From positions 1,231,034-1,295,033 of the forward strand of contig NW_003314309.1 in assembly GCF_000143415.4 (NCBI RefSeq): a DNA stretch of 64,000 nt, given 5' to 3'. Each line of letters starts with the position of its first letter. Positions within the stretch are counted from its first letter, which is position 1. The position numbers and the translations under genes are program-made. Shown here piece after piece: positions 11,912 to 25,514 of the stretch. Source of the DNA: Selaginella moellendorffii (lineage: Eukaryota; Plantae; Lycopodiophyta). The notes beneath the pieces are model-generated. The model was not told the DNA's origin and ran no database searches. It saw nothing but the letters and a program-made list of their open reading frames with translations.

Positions 11912-14900
11912 TGTTGAGAGTGGCCCTGTGCCACGTGGCTAGTCCACGTGGAGAGACACGAGTCTTCACCGGTTCACCATGTCACACATATGTACATTTT
12001 CCATTCCACATATGCTATGACGGATCTTGAGCACCATCACACGGTTTCACCTTTCGTTAGATGGTATCGGAGCAATGCCTGGGAGAGCGCAAAGAATACG
12101 AAACCGTAGGATCAGGGCGACACCCGCTAGGGTGAATCGGAGCCTCCGTCTACGTAGACAGAGGCGTGCCCTAATCCAAACGCTCCAGGCCTTGCAAGAG
12201 GCACTGGACGACTAAGAACCTGGACCTAGACTTGAACGAGTGGTGGGATTGGGTGTCGGCACCCATGGCAGCCACTGTTCCTACAAATCCGCCTCCAAAT
12301 CCACCACCTATTTCCCCTCCCATCACAAATCCGACTGTGCCTACAGTGGATATCATTTCAGTGGACGCAAATCCACCAAAATTTGATGGGAGGAACTGGC
12401 GCTTCTGGAAGACAAAATTCGAATCCTATATGGATGAACGAGGCCTCTGGGACATCACCACAGGAACTGAGACACTTCCAGATACAGCTACAGTGGATGA
12501 AACTGCGAAGTATCGCAAGAAGGACCGGAGAGCTTTGGGCAAATTCCATGCAGCGCTGGAGGGGCGAGAATTCCATTGCATTGGACGGTGCAAGAGTGCA
12601 AAGGAAGCGTGGGAGGCCATGAAGCAGACTTACCAGATCCCTTCAACATCCCATCGCATATTTTTACGGAAGCAGCTTCATGCATTGGTGATGGCTGAAG
12701 GGGATGATCTCAAGGATCATCTTGCTGGTGTGAGAACCATCTTAGATGATCTTAAGGATGTAGGTGCAAACATAGAGGATGAAGAAGAAGCAGAGCTGGT
12801 GCTCGTCACACTTCCTCCATCCTTTGATCCTCTCATACGTAGCCTCACTACCACTGGAACTCCTCTAACCCTGAATGGCGTGATCAGTAGCCTCCAGGAC
12901 GATGATCTGAGACGAAGAGCAACAACAGGATCAGAGGCCGTTGCATTCTACTCTTCTCTCAGGAAAGAAACAGTGAACAAAGGGAAACAAGGAGCCTCTT
13001 CATCCAAGAAGCCCAAGTGTTCTCATTGCAACAAGAAAGGCCATGACGAAGCTCAATGCTGGGTGAAAAATCCATCTCTCAAGCCTGTAAGGAACAATGC
13101 AAAGAAAAAGGTGGTACACGCCTTCATCTTGTCACGAGCTATGGCTGTGGCAGCACTGTCTGCAGAGTGCATCTACCTGGATTCTGCTGCTACAGACCAT
13201 ATGTTCAACAGTGATAAGTACTTTGAAGCCTATGTTCCTACAGCCACAGAGGAGTATGTCATCGTTGGCAATGCCCAGCAGCTTGCTGTGAAAGGAATTG
13301 GAACCATCAAGTTCACTTTACCACAAGGAATAGTCGTAAAGATCCACGAGGTTCTTTATATTCCTGGTTTATGTGCTAATTTGTTCTCTGTGGGACAATT
13401 TGCTGAGGATGGGTATCAGTTCGCCATTACACCTCGCCAATTCCAGCTTATCTCGACCACAGGAGCCATCCTCACAGCGTCCCGGCCTGGACGGCGTGAC
13501 CTCTACCGCCTTACCATGCTGCCAGATCTTACTGGACGGAGTCTGGGCCTACACGCACAAAAGACAACGACCAGTCACTCACTGGAGCTTTGGCACGCAC
13601 GCCTGGGGCATCCTAGTGCTGATAGAATCAAGCAGCTCGCACGCGAGCAGATGGTTGAAGGTCTAGACCTGGACCCAAGAGCCGTTCTTCCATTTTGCCA
13701 GGGCTGTCAGCTAGGAAAATCTACTCGCCAACCTTTCCCCAAGACTGGAGCATCTCGAGCTACAGAGCTCATGGAACTTGTACACACTGATGTGTGTGGC
13801 CTGATGGCCACCACAGCAGTGGGAGGTATCCAATACTTTATCAGTTTCATTGATGACTACAGTCGTCGCACTATGATCTACCCTATGGCTCGCAAATCCC
13901 AATCGTTACACTACTTCCAGACTTTCAAGGATATGGGAGAAACACAAACTGGGAAAATGCTCAAGCGATTGAGAAGTGATGGTGGAGGCGAATTCACTTC
14001 CAATGCTTTCAACCAGCTGTGTGAGCAAGGAGGGATTGTGCGAGAACTTACAACGCGAGAGACTCCACAACAGAATGGCGTAGCTGAGCGCAAGAATCGC
14101 ACACTAGTGGAGAGTGCTCGGGCAATGCTACTTTCCAGTGGTTTGCCTCGCAGCTTCTGGTTTCACGCTGTCTTGACGGCGAACTATCTCCAGAACCGGC
14201 TCCCCACCTCTGCCCTTGCTGACATCACTCCTGAAGAAGCATCGAGTGGCAAGAAACCTACAGTTACGCATCTGAGAATATTCGGGTGTGAAGCGTGGGC
14301 ACACATCCCTGATGGAATGCGCAAGAAATTGGACCCCAAGAGCCAGAAGGCTGTGTTTGTGGGCTACAGCCTCGATCACAAAGCCTATCGTCTCTGGAAT
14401 CCAATCACGAAGCAGGAGATCCTGAGCAGAGATGTGGTTTTCAACGAGAATTCGTTTCTTCCTTCTAGTCAAGGTTCTACTTCCTTGACCGAAGAAAATG
14501 ACGTTGAAGCGGAACAAGATCAGTTGACTGTCGGCACGATCACTGTGCCGCTTCAAACAGTCCCTATGCAACAATCTATGCCCGCTTCTACTCCAACACC
14601 ACCAACCCCGCCGCCTCCTCCAGATCCTCTACGCAGATCGAACCGCACAAGGTGGCCTACTGAGCGTCTCATCGAGACAATGGTCTCCTCTCGTGCAGCT
14701 GGGACTCCTACTGTTCCGAGGACCTATGGAGAAGCCATTGGCCTCACAGGAAGCGTCTTACTGGCGTGTAGCAATGGAAGCCGAGATTGCTTCACAGCAA
14801 AAGAACGAGACACATGTTCTTGTTCCAACTGTGCCTTCCAATCGCCAGATTATCAAGAGCATGTGGGTGTATGCTCTGAAGCTTAATCCTGATGGCTCGG

Positions 14901-16102
14901 TTCGCTACAAGGCGCGATTGGTGGCGAAAGGATGCTCGCAAGTTCCTGGACTTGACTACAACGACACCTTTGCTCCAGTGGTTAAGCATTCTACTCTTCG
15001 TTCCTTGATTAATTTTGCTGCGGTGGGAGACTTTGATCTGGAACAGATGGATGTGACCACGGCGTTTCTTTATGGCGCACTTGAAGAAGAAATCTATATG
15101 GCACAGCCAGAAGGATTTCTAGCCGCTGGAAAAGAGGATCATCTCTGGCTTCTCAAGAAAGCTGTCTACAGCTTGAAACAAGCACCCAGATCTTGGTACA
15201 AACGCTTTGACGATTTTATACTAAGTGTGGGCTTTTCCCGTAGCGAGGCAGACCCAAATCTTTATATTCGGGTGGAGGGTGAATCATTTGTGATCATCGC
15301 TCTTTATGTTGATGATACTCTTGTCATCCATAATCATCGCTTAATGTTTCTCCAGGTTAAGCGAGATCTTTGCAGCCAATTTGAGATGAAAACTCTTGGC
15401 TCGGCTTCTTACTTTCTTGGCATGGAACTTGTGCGTGATCGCTCTCAACGCACTATCTATCTTCACCAAGCCAAGTATATAGAAGATATGCTGGCCAGGT
15501 TTTCTATGACGAGCTCTAATCCAGTGGCGACACCAATGGAACTAGGCTGCCAGCTTTCACGAGCCATGTCTCCTGAGACAGAGGACGACAAGAGAGCCAT
15601 GGACTCCATCCCTTACAGACAAGCTGTTGGCAGTCTCATGTATCCAGCTGTTTGTACGCGCCCAGATATTTCTTTTGCCGTCAGCAAAGTTAGCCAATTC
15701 CTGGCTAATCCTGGATCTCAACATTGGGCAGCGGTGAAACGCATCTTCAGGTACCTTCGAGGTACTACTTACCTTGGATTGTGCTACCAGGGAAAAGCGC
15801 TTACCCTCACGGGCTACTGTGATGCTGATTTTGGGGGAGACTGTGACACACGCAAGTCCACCTCTGGCTATTCGTTTTCCCTGGGCAGTGCGGCAGTCTC
15901 GTGGTGCAGCAGGAAGCAAAGTACAGTGGCAACCTCTAGTACTGAAGCAGAATATTTGGCAGCCTCACAAGCTACCAAAGAAGGTGTGTGGTTACGCTCA
16001 CTACTTTCTAACCTTGGTGTGAGTGTGAAGACTCCCACTCGCCTCTTCTGCGACAATCAAAGCTGCATTGCGTTAGCGGCCAATCCTCGCTTTCATTCAC
16101 GC
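11912..16102 (+). mobile_element. Ty1/Copia LTR retrotransposon, 3'-truncated (5' LTR about 11912-12059, PBS 12062-12073)
   Basis: Starts TGTTGAGAG exactly at the breakpoint versus the empty paralog; PBS TGGTATCGGAGC (tRNA-iMet type); gag-PR-INT-RT-RH order; ends inside RNase H at NPRFHSR. Confidence 0.95.
12232..16102 (+). pseudogene. Copia gag-pol polyprotein (frameshift about 14737, RNase H truncated)
   Basis: Zn knuckle CSHCNKKGHDEAQC; protease YLDSAATDHM; integrase LWHARLGH..CQGC, RLRSDGGGEF, QQNGVAERKNR; RT YKARLVAKG, LYVDD; RH GYCDADFGGD, SSTEAEY. Confidence 0.95.
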
Positions 16103-17554
16103 TGTCTGCATGGCCTCTTCCAGCGGGTGACTGGAAGAAATCTCTGGATGGCGCTTTTGGTTTTGCGGTGGATGCGGCAGCGAAACGTTTCAACCTGCGG
16201 AAGGAAGATCTGGAGGCCAAAATCAGTGATCCTAGCTACAAGAACTCGAGGCTGACGCCTGAGGCATGGGCCAGACAGAACTACATCAGGGTTGTTCCCA
16301 AGCCAGACCAGGGACTGGAGGGCACAAACACGAGACTCAAAGCTCTGAACTCCACGTTGATCCTGCAAGTCACCAACCAGAAAGAAGAGATCAAGAACAC
16401 AAAGGCACAGAATGACAAGCTTATGAAAGAGCAAGCTGAGAAAATCCAGGAGCTGCAGAAGGACTCAATGGAGATCGTCAGCCTTAAGGAGGAGATTACC
16501 AAACTCAAAGAGAGAGTGGCAAAGCTCGAGGAGGAAACTTCGAAGCTGAAGGAGAGAACTTCGAAGCTGAAGGAGGAGTTTGCAGCCCTGGGTCGTCAGC
16601 TTTCAGCCCAGGGCCGTGAACTCTCAGCATTGCGGCAGAGGTTATCTGCATTGCGCTTGTTCGAGCGAGTGCTTCTGCGAAAGCTCTGTGAGGCCGCTCG
16701 GGAGAAATGCGTGAGGCTTGCGAGAGAAGCAGATGTGGAGATCCCACTCGCAGCCGATGGAAAAACAAACTGGGATGCGTTTTTCAACATTCCAGGGCAA
16801 GTTTTTCTTTTTCTTTTTCTGTGTTTTCTTCTGTCACATGTGACTTTTATTTCTTTCAGAGTCGTGGCATTGTTAAACGATGCAGGGCTCACCGTGGGGC
16901 TCGAGTATGCCAGATCGATCCCGCGGCGTTTGCTTGCGGGTGCGTATCAAGTGGTGGAGTTGGAGGAGGTGTTCGTCGACACAGTGCTGGAGCTGATGCC
17001 CAACGAGTTCCGGACCAAAATGGAGAACATTCTGGTGTTCGTCTATCCAGCAGCACAAGCTTCTCTCCAAGCGGCCTTTGACGCTGACGCTCTGACTGAG
17101 TAAAGGTGTGTCAATTTCAAGCTTACTAAGCACTGAGCCCTTTGTTTCTGGTTTTGCAACGAATTTTTGTCCCCTTGAAATCTCTCCCTTAGCCATCTTC
17201 TCAGAGTTCTAGAGCCTCTTCTACAAGTCTGCTGTTCTTACCATTGGAAGATACAAGTAAGCTGAAGTAAATGTAGATGCACTTTTGTTGCTAAATCTTC
17301 TTGCTCATTTTCTTTGCCTGTCAAAGAGTGGCTTTCATCTAGCAAATAGAAATAGCAAATGAGTCAAGCAAAAATACCAGGAGGTGAAAGTTTCCTGCTG
17401 ACTAAGTGCACCACAGCTCTTTTACTGACTGGGAGCCACTCGCAGCATCCACACAGTGGTAACTGTTACCTAGAGCTTCTACTTTTTTGCCGCTGCTTCT
17501 TCCCTGTGGCTCTAAGGAAAACATTATTTACTTTTTATAATATGTTATAAACTT

Positions 17555-19950
17555 CTATTCCTAAAATGTTTTCAAATAACAATATTGGGGAATAGGTGTA
17601 TTAATTAGGGTTTAGAATGTTGTTTATATACAAGAATGGATGGTAATATATATATATATATACATGTATTTACAAAATTTACACTATCTTTTGATGACAA
17701 TAAATAAGGTGGAACATTTGGAGCTTTTACTGGGCAATTATAAACTATTATAAAAATTTGAAACTCCCACAAAACCACCAAAAAAGTTATTAATAACCAT
17801 GATTAAAACAAAACCTAAAGCTATGGCATAAGCATTAATCAATTACAAAATCTTGATGCATTAATTACAACTCCATGTGCAATTACCAAATGCTCAAACC
17901 AACCATGAAGCCATAATTTTGAACCAAAACAAATGATTTTGAGAACCATTATAATCCATAAAATGCTATTATAATAAACAATACATCCCATGTTTAAGTT
18001 TACTGGCCAATAATCAACCAAGACCATTGTTAACTAGGACTTATGCCCATAAGTAAAACCTATTTTTACATCTTCCTTTCAGTTAAGATTTAATACTTAT
18101 GTTAACTCGGACTTATGACTTTCGTCTCTATCTAACACCACACATAGAAGGTTAAATTTACTCTATTTGTCTTCTACATCCTCAATATCCCCTTCTTGAA
18201 GAAAACAAAGTTCTAAAGCACTAGCTTTGTTCAAGTTTATTACAGTCATTCTCACTTCACAATCTCCTCACTCCACTATTGCATCTATTTGGCCTCAAAC
18301 TAGATATTCCATTCAAACTCGTTATATTCATCCTCACTCCACAATCTATGTCATTTGTCCTCATTCCATTATTGTATTTGCTCGTCCTCACTCTATCGTC
18401 GGGGACCGGACTCCTATCAATCCCCTCTACCCCTTCGAAATAAAAAAAAAGTTTGAAGTGTCGGGGCAAAAAGGAGAAAGTAAGAAAAATTGAGGAAAAA
18501 TTATTGTGAAAGAAGAAAAAGTGGATAAAGAAGCATTATAAGAGGAATTTACAATAACTAACAATATAGAAATAAAGAAATAAAGAAAGGATATATGGTC
18601 AAATCTTGGAAAATAAAGGACTTCCTATCATAAAATATTTTGGCCACCAAAATATAAACATACTTGGAGACAGGAAAATTAATAACAATATCTACACTCT
18701 TAAGGGAATATATAAACTCCTTAGTAGCAACAGTAAAGCAAAAGCTCTCAGCAGCACTCACAAGTAGGGATATGCATTCAATCTAAAACTATACCAAAGT
18801 GACTTAATTTTTAGAATATCCTTTTGATGTTTAAAAGGTTGAGCATTTCCCCTTCTGAAATGACTTTAGCAATGTTGTCTTGCTCGGCCTGGGGAATACT
18901 TAACACTATAAGTGATCAAAGACTTTACTAATGAAACAAAAGTAAGATTCTCAACTTTATACACATACTTAACATCTAGATTAATATAAGAAGGACAAAA
19001 AACACTCAACTCAACACTAGACTAAGAATGAAAATCATAAAAGTTAAAAATGATTGATGTGCTAGGAAAATGAAATATTGCAAAGGAAGAAGGAACACTA
19101 AGAACATGAAAAAGAGCCCAGAAATTAAAAAAAAAAAAGAAATAGCAAAAGGTAAAGAAAAAGGATCAAATGACAAATTAAAGGATTAACACTTACCTCG
19201 TAAAATCTCTAAGTCATCTCCAAAACTATCTCCATAATAATTAAGTTCCTTATCACAATCTAAATTCCATTCAAACTTGTAAACATTGTTTTCCCATAAA
19301 CTCGATCCTCAAACATTTTCTAAGAACCAGACTATATTATCCAAAACTCTCTAATCGATGTCATGACCACGCTCCATATCAACAAGAGATGGTAGAACAC
19401 CACAAGTCATATAATCACATCCTATAGAAATTAGAAATGGTAACACACCAAGGATAGGTGTAGTACCAATATGATCACACTCCACAGCATCAAAAGCTCG
19501 ATCTAATGGAACAACATTAATAACCTCAAGTGATATACTCCTTGATGGATATTAGCGTAGTAAGAAGAAGAGAATGCAATGAAGATCAAAAGAAAGAGTA
19601 TCTAAGCACAGCAATAGCTAGAATTCTAGATCTTGCAAAAAGCTAATATAGATCTAGATCTAAAAGAGAATGAAGAAATAAGAATAAAACATACAATCCT
19701 AAATAGTAGAGCAAAGCATTATCAAAAGCTTTGCCCTTTAGGTACAAATTGTAATGCTTCTCAACTCCATTAATATGAGTGCTTGGGATATAGGAATAAA
19801 TATATTAATTGGGATTTAGACCCTTATTTATATACAAAAATGGATGGACTAAATTCAGTCTTGAATGGACAGTCCATATGTTATAATACTATATTACCTA
19901 GCTAGAGCAATATATGAATATACACATATGTATTTACAAACCTTACAAAC
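17555..19950 (-). mobile_element. Old degenerate LTR element related to the Gypsy at 20493-25514
   Basis: Diverged direct repeats about 17560-17685 and 19775-19950 (shared TTTATATACAA.AATGGATGG and ATGTATTTACAAA); 19620-19665 resembles the 5' UTR of the neighbouring Gypsy (TGCAAAAAGCTA..GATCTAGATCTAA); no usable ORF. Confidence 0.45.
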
Positions 19951-19984
19951 ATATTTTAAATTTCAATTATAAAACATCTATAAT

Positions 19985-20200
19985 AATACAGAGGAGTTGC
20001 CAAATTTTTTGGGCTGTTAGATCTAGCCAATGGAAGCCATCTGCTGGGGGGGTGGGTTATTTCTTTAACCACATCTTAGTGAATAATCATGATAATGTTT
20101 CCTCTCAGCCAATGGGAAATGGCTAACTGCCTGGGGTGAAAGAAGAAGGCATTATGATATATGTCATATGCAATGTATTGACCAGATTGCATCTGTCAAG
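19985..20200. repeat. About 200-bp dispersed repeat, copy 1 (others about 26035-26250 and 27110-27310)
   Basis: Shared GGAGTTGCC.AA.TTT.TGG, GGGTTATTTCTTTAACCA and TTAGTGAATAAT blocks. Confidence 0.75.
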
Positions 20201-20492
20201 TGAAGAAGGCTTGATAACATGGCCAAAAATAAGCATGGCATTAGGCCAATGGCTGTGATTTATTCATCTCCACCAACTTCCTGTTGAGTTTGATTTTTGC
20301 TCTATACATTGTTTGTAGCACTGAAAGAAATTCTTGAATTAAGTCTAATGAACAAACAACAAGGCTTGGATATTAAGTTCTAGACCTCATAAAGCTAATA
20401 TTCTTTATTTTTAGACTTTGTCTGGCTCTGAGTAATATTAATGTTCTTAAATCTTAGCATTATATATTTATTCATATTCTAAGTAAACACAT

Positions 20493-23400
20493 TGCGAGTG
20501 CTTGGAATATGGAAAAGGAATACAGAAAATGTGCATATCAATTAGCCCAAACACCCTAGCTTATATATAGGAGCGAGTGGTCCAGATTGAAACCAATCCG
20601 ACGGCTACCAAAATCCCACTACGCTAATATTAGTATACGGCATCGTAACCGTACACTTGGCCCTCACATCATCCCCTCCTCTCGAGATAATGGAAGACCA
20701 TCAGGGTTCTCTTGAAGATGGGCCAGGATTCGGAGGAACATTAGGAGGAGGCATCGGTGGATCTGTAGGTGGTATTAACTCTTCCTAATCCCTTTGTACA
20801 AAGTGTTTCAGCCGCTACACATGCACAATCTTTGGAGGATCGGCTTGCTGAATGTCATGCCGAACCTCATAAACTTGTGGTCTAACTTGCCGTAACACCC
20901 GATACGGTCCTTTCCATTGCACAAGAAGCCCCTTAGATAAACCATGTACCGTAAGATGGGAAAAATGGACTAACACTAAATCATCCACTTTGTACTCCGC
21001 AGGTAGACGATGATGGGAGTTGTAGCGCCGTTGTTGTCCCACTTGTACGTGGCCTAAGTGTTCGGCAGACTCTGCTCGGACAAGTGGAAGAATGCTCATC
21101 AAATACTGATCCCATGATCTAGTATCGGCAGCTTGTGGCAATCGCGAAGGTAAACCCAGCTCCATTGGTAATATTGGATCATGACCATATAGGAGTTTAT
21201 ATGGTGAAGCACCAACAGAACTCTGCACCCCTGTAACATATGCATACCGAAGAGATGGCAAATAACCATCTCAATCCGAATGCTAAAAGTTCACATACTT
21301 CGCAATCATCCCTTTGAATGTCCGAATGAGCCATTCCACCAGACCGTCTGATTGTGGATGATAAGCACTCATGAAAGTGTGGCGTATCCCCAACCGAGAC
21401 GTCAAAACATGAAATGCCTCACCCATAAATGCGGGACCATTATCCGAAAGAATCCGCTCTGGACAAGAATGCTGGAACACTACTCGATTGAGGAGGAAGT
21501 ATCCAACAGCAGTTGCAGAAGCGCTAGCAAGAGCACCAACTTCCACCCAACGAGTTAAGTAGTCAGAAGCAATAATAACATACTCATTGCCAGCAGTCGA
21601 CCGTGGAAAAGGTCCCATAAGATCAAACACCACTAACTCAAATGGACGGGAAACCGCAATTGACTCCAACCGTCCTTCCACAGCACGAGGGGGAGTATTA
21701 CGAGCTTGGCACCAAATGCAGCTACGCATATACCGGATAATATCACATTGCATCACCGGCCAATAGAAAGACCTGCGCAGCTTCTCGGTGACACGATGGT
21801 GTCCCATATACCCACCTAGAACAGGAAAATCATGGTAGGCATGGAGAAACTGCGGAATAAACACTGAAGACACCACCAACCGTAAATGATCATCAGGATC
21901 CGTCCCCACAAAATAAAGAAGGCCATCTTCAAGGCAATATTGAGAATGTAAATGTCGGAAAGGCAAGTCATCAGCAAATGATGCAGGATTCTCAAACCCA
22001 TCTCGAAGCCTTCAAATCCACGGCTCAATCTTTTGAGCCTCGCGAACCTCATCAAGAGAAAGTAGATCTTGCTCTACACCTTGTGGACACTTAACGTCAA
22101 GGACAGCAACCGCCGACGGCACTGAATCCTCATTTAGAAAATCCACAGAAGCTCGAATAATAGGTTTGTCAGAAACATGAGAAGTGAGTGGAGAAGGAAG
22201 AGGAGCTCGAGAAAGGGCATCAGCATTAGCCATAGAACTCCCTGGGCGATGAACAACATCGAAATCATATATCTGAAGCTTCAAAGCCCATCGAGCCGTA
22301 CGACCAACCAAGTTCTTTCGCTTCAATAATGAAGTAACAGCAGCATGGTCACCTTCAAGTAACATCCGAGAACCATGTAGATATGCATGAAGTTTCTCGA
22401 AACCATGTAGATAAACATTAAGTTTCTGCTAAACACTCCTCCATCGTGGAGTAGTTCATCTCCGCTGGTTGTAATGTACGACTTATGTATGCAATGGGAT
22501 GGCGCTGACCAGGCACACTCGAGCTCTCTTGCATCAACACACCTCCAAGACCAATGTTAGAAGCATCCACGAGCAAAATAAAAGGTCCAGTGTAGTCAGG
22601 ATATGCCAAAACCAGAGGAGTCATCAATAGGTCTTTGAGATCCATGAACGCCCGCTCACAATCTGGAGACCAGATGAAAGATGACGTTGATGACTTCAGC
22701 AACGCTCGCAATGGTGTAGTGCGATCGGAAAGATGATCCAGAAAACGACCAAGATACTACACCTTACCCAAGAAGCGCTGCACATCATTCACACACTTCA
22801 GAGTAGGGAACTTTAGAACAGCCACAAGTTTGTCAGGATCAACTTGCAAACCTTCACGAGAAATACGGTACCCAAGATAAGTTGTGTCCTTAGACCCAAA
22901 CACGCACTTTAACCGTTTCAGCTTTAAACCAATGTCGCGTAGCTGATCCAACACTTTACAAACATCACAAACGTGCTCCTCCCATGTCCCTTCCGAGTGG
23001 ATCAAGACATCATCAATGAAGTCAATAGTCACCTCCGGCATATCGCAAAGAACCTCGTCCATCATCCGTTGGAAAGTTGCTGGAGCATTGTTCAAACCAA
23101 ACGGCATCACCAAGAACTCGTACAAACCAAATGGTGTACGAAAAACAATCTTAGGAATATCTTCTTCGGCCATCAATACTTGCCAATACCCAGAAGCAAG
23201 ATCTAGCTTGGTGAACCAACGACTTCGCCCCAGACGATCTAAGAGATCAGCAGTGTGAGGAAGAGGATACACATCTAAGATCGTCACTTCGTTTAACGGA
23301 TAATAGTCGATGCAGAAACGAATACTCCCATTAGGCTTCATCACAAGATGAGGTTCACATGCCCAAGGACTCCGCGACTTCCGAATAACACCCTTCTTCA

Positions 23401-25514
23401 GCATTTCCTTGACGTTTGCTCGTAAAATCTTGATCTCCTTAGGTGACCGACGATGAACAGGAACCTTGATTGGACGAGCATCCCCGGTTGGAATCGGATG
23501 ACGGGTGGCAATCTTGGCCCCAGACGATAGGTCAAATTCAAAGAGATTAGAATACTCCTTCATGAGCCGGTCAACTGCCGCAACACAAAGATCGTCGGAG
23601 GGATCGAAAAAGGGAAAAGCAGAACAAGATGGAAACACAGGAGGAAAGAGTGGGGGAACAAGAGTAATGGAAGCAGAGGTAGAAGTAGAGGGACGAAGAG
23701 GTATGGAAGTGAGAGGAATGGATGAAACATAAGGAAGTATGAGACAAGGGGGAGAAGCCTCAAAGTCACACTTGGCATGATTGCGTTGCAACCAATCCAT
23801 ACCAAGAATAAGGTCAAAAGCTTGACTCGGCACCACCCACAACGACTGCAACTCAAGCACAAGATCACCCACACGCACAACCAGGTCCACCTCATCCCGT
23901 GCACATGCATGTGTACGGCCGTTGCCTTAAAGAATGAAAACTGGTTCCGCCGCACAACGCAAGTGTAGACGACAACGTGTGGCAACAGGTCAAGCAATAG
24001 AAGATAAACTCGAACTTGTATCAACCAACACGGAGAGAATAATAGGAGACCTCTTGTTATAAAAACGAGTTTGGAAAGTAAACACTAGATGAACCGGTGC
24101 TGAGTGAACCCCTTGATGATACTCCCGAAAGAAAGATGGAGGGGTCACTGATTTATTCGCTCAAGGTCCCTCCGTTACTCGCGCGACTCCTCGTTTCCCA
24201 GATGCACCTCGGTGTCCAAACCTTCCACTGCAGCAGCACCCACGGGACGTTGCTGACGCCAAGGTCTCCACTCAGGAAATGGAGGTCGCCAATCCGGAAA
24301 ACGTCGGCAACGCCGATAAGTATGACCAACTTCATCACACGCCCAGCAGTGAACATCACAGCCACGACCACGTCCTCGCGCTTGTCCTTGGACTCGAGCA
24401 GCAGCAGCATCAACCTCCATTGGAACAGGACCATCACCCATAGGAAGTGGAGCGGAAGGACGTGCAGCGAGAAGTGGAAGAGGCGACGTCTCATAACGTT
24501 GTGCCAAGCAAAGAGCATCGTCAAGGGTTGCAAGAGCAAGTGCATGCACAAGTCCGACAAGATCTTGACGAAGTGCTGGCCACAACATTCCTAGCTTGAT
24601 CCGCTCCGACATATTTAGCTCCGCACGAAGCAAAAGACTTCAGAAACGAACGCCAAATTGCATCACTGACTCAGATGACCCTTGGCAAAGATGATGCAAT
24701 TGTTGGAAAGCATCATCACAATCATCGGCATGTCCGAAGGCGCATTTGAAGACGTCCGGGAGAACACTCCAATCCCCACGAGTGGCTGCACTCAAACCAT
24801 TGTACCACTGCAACGTCGTCCCTTGGAGACACGTGGGAAACTCATGCAAATGTCGAGCATCATCCCAAGAATGATATGTGGCAATCACCGTGAAGTGATC
24901 GAACCAATGGTACACATCATCCCCAGGATTCCCGCGAAAGAACTTCGGCCGAACGCGAGGATTGGCACCAAGAACAGGAGGAGTTGTACCACGTGCTGTG
25001 AATGCCACCATCAACTGAGTTTGGTTATTCAATTGCAAGCAAATAGCATCAAGTAATTGTACTAACTGTTGCTCTAGAGTCAAAGGAGGAGATTGTTGAT
25101 CTGCCATAAAGATGAACGAAAAAGAAAGAGCAAAAGAAGAGAAATGACAAAAAGCTAGAAGGAAATGGTAGATCTAGACAATGCAAAAAGCTAGATCTAA
25201 ACCAAAACCCTGAAAAGAAAGAACAAAAGAAAGGAAATGGAAAAAACTAGATCTAGACGATGCAAAAGCTAGATTTAAACCAAAATCCCAAATCCAAGCA
25301 CTCCTTAAGGACAATCAAAGGTGCCCTTCACCTCCACCAATGTAAGTGCTTGGAATATGAAAAGGGAATACAGAAAATGTGCATATCAATTAGCCCAAAA
25401 ACCCTAGCTTATACAGGAGTGAGTGGTCCAGATTGAAACTAATCCGATGGCTACCAAAATCCCACTATGCTAATATTAGTATATGGCATCGTAACCGTAC
25501 ACTTGGCCCTCACA
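20493..25514 (-). mobile_element. Full-length but decayed Ty3/Gypsy retrotransposon without chromodomain; LTRs 20493-20668 and 25341-25514
   Basis: TG..CA LTRs of about 175 bp; 4-bp flanking repeat ACAT; PBS TGGTGGAGGTG (minus strand, next to 25340); PPT GAGAGGAGGGGATGA; gag (24175-25107), RT (KLDLASGYWQV, MPFGLNNAPATFQR, FIDD), RH, integrase (ILSDNG, YHPQSDGLVE, WKGPY); many stops and frameshifts. Confidence 0.95.

Larger units (their letters stand above)
11676..17103 (+). pseudogene. Lineage-specific coiled-coil protein gene, disrupted by Copia insertion
   Basis: ..ILYVECTL|SAWPLPAGDWKKSLDGAFGFAVDAAAKRF..heptad-rich region..AAFDADALTE; frame confirmed by the uninterrupted paralog at 30618-31860. 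Confidence 0.65.
11353..17513 (+). repeat. Segmental duplicate, copy 1 (interrupted by Copia); inverted copy at 30178-32222
   Basis: 11353-11911 plus 16103-17513 align with the reverse complement of 30178-32222. Confidence 0.9.
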
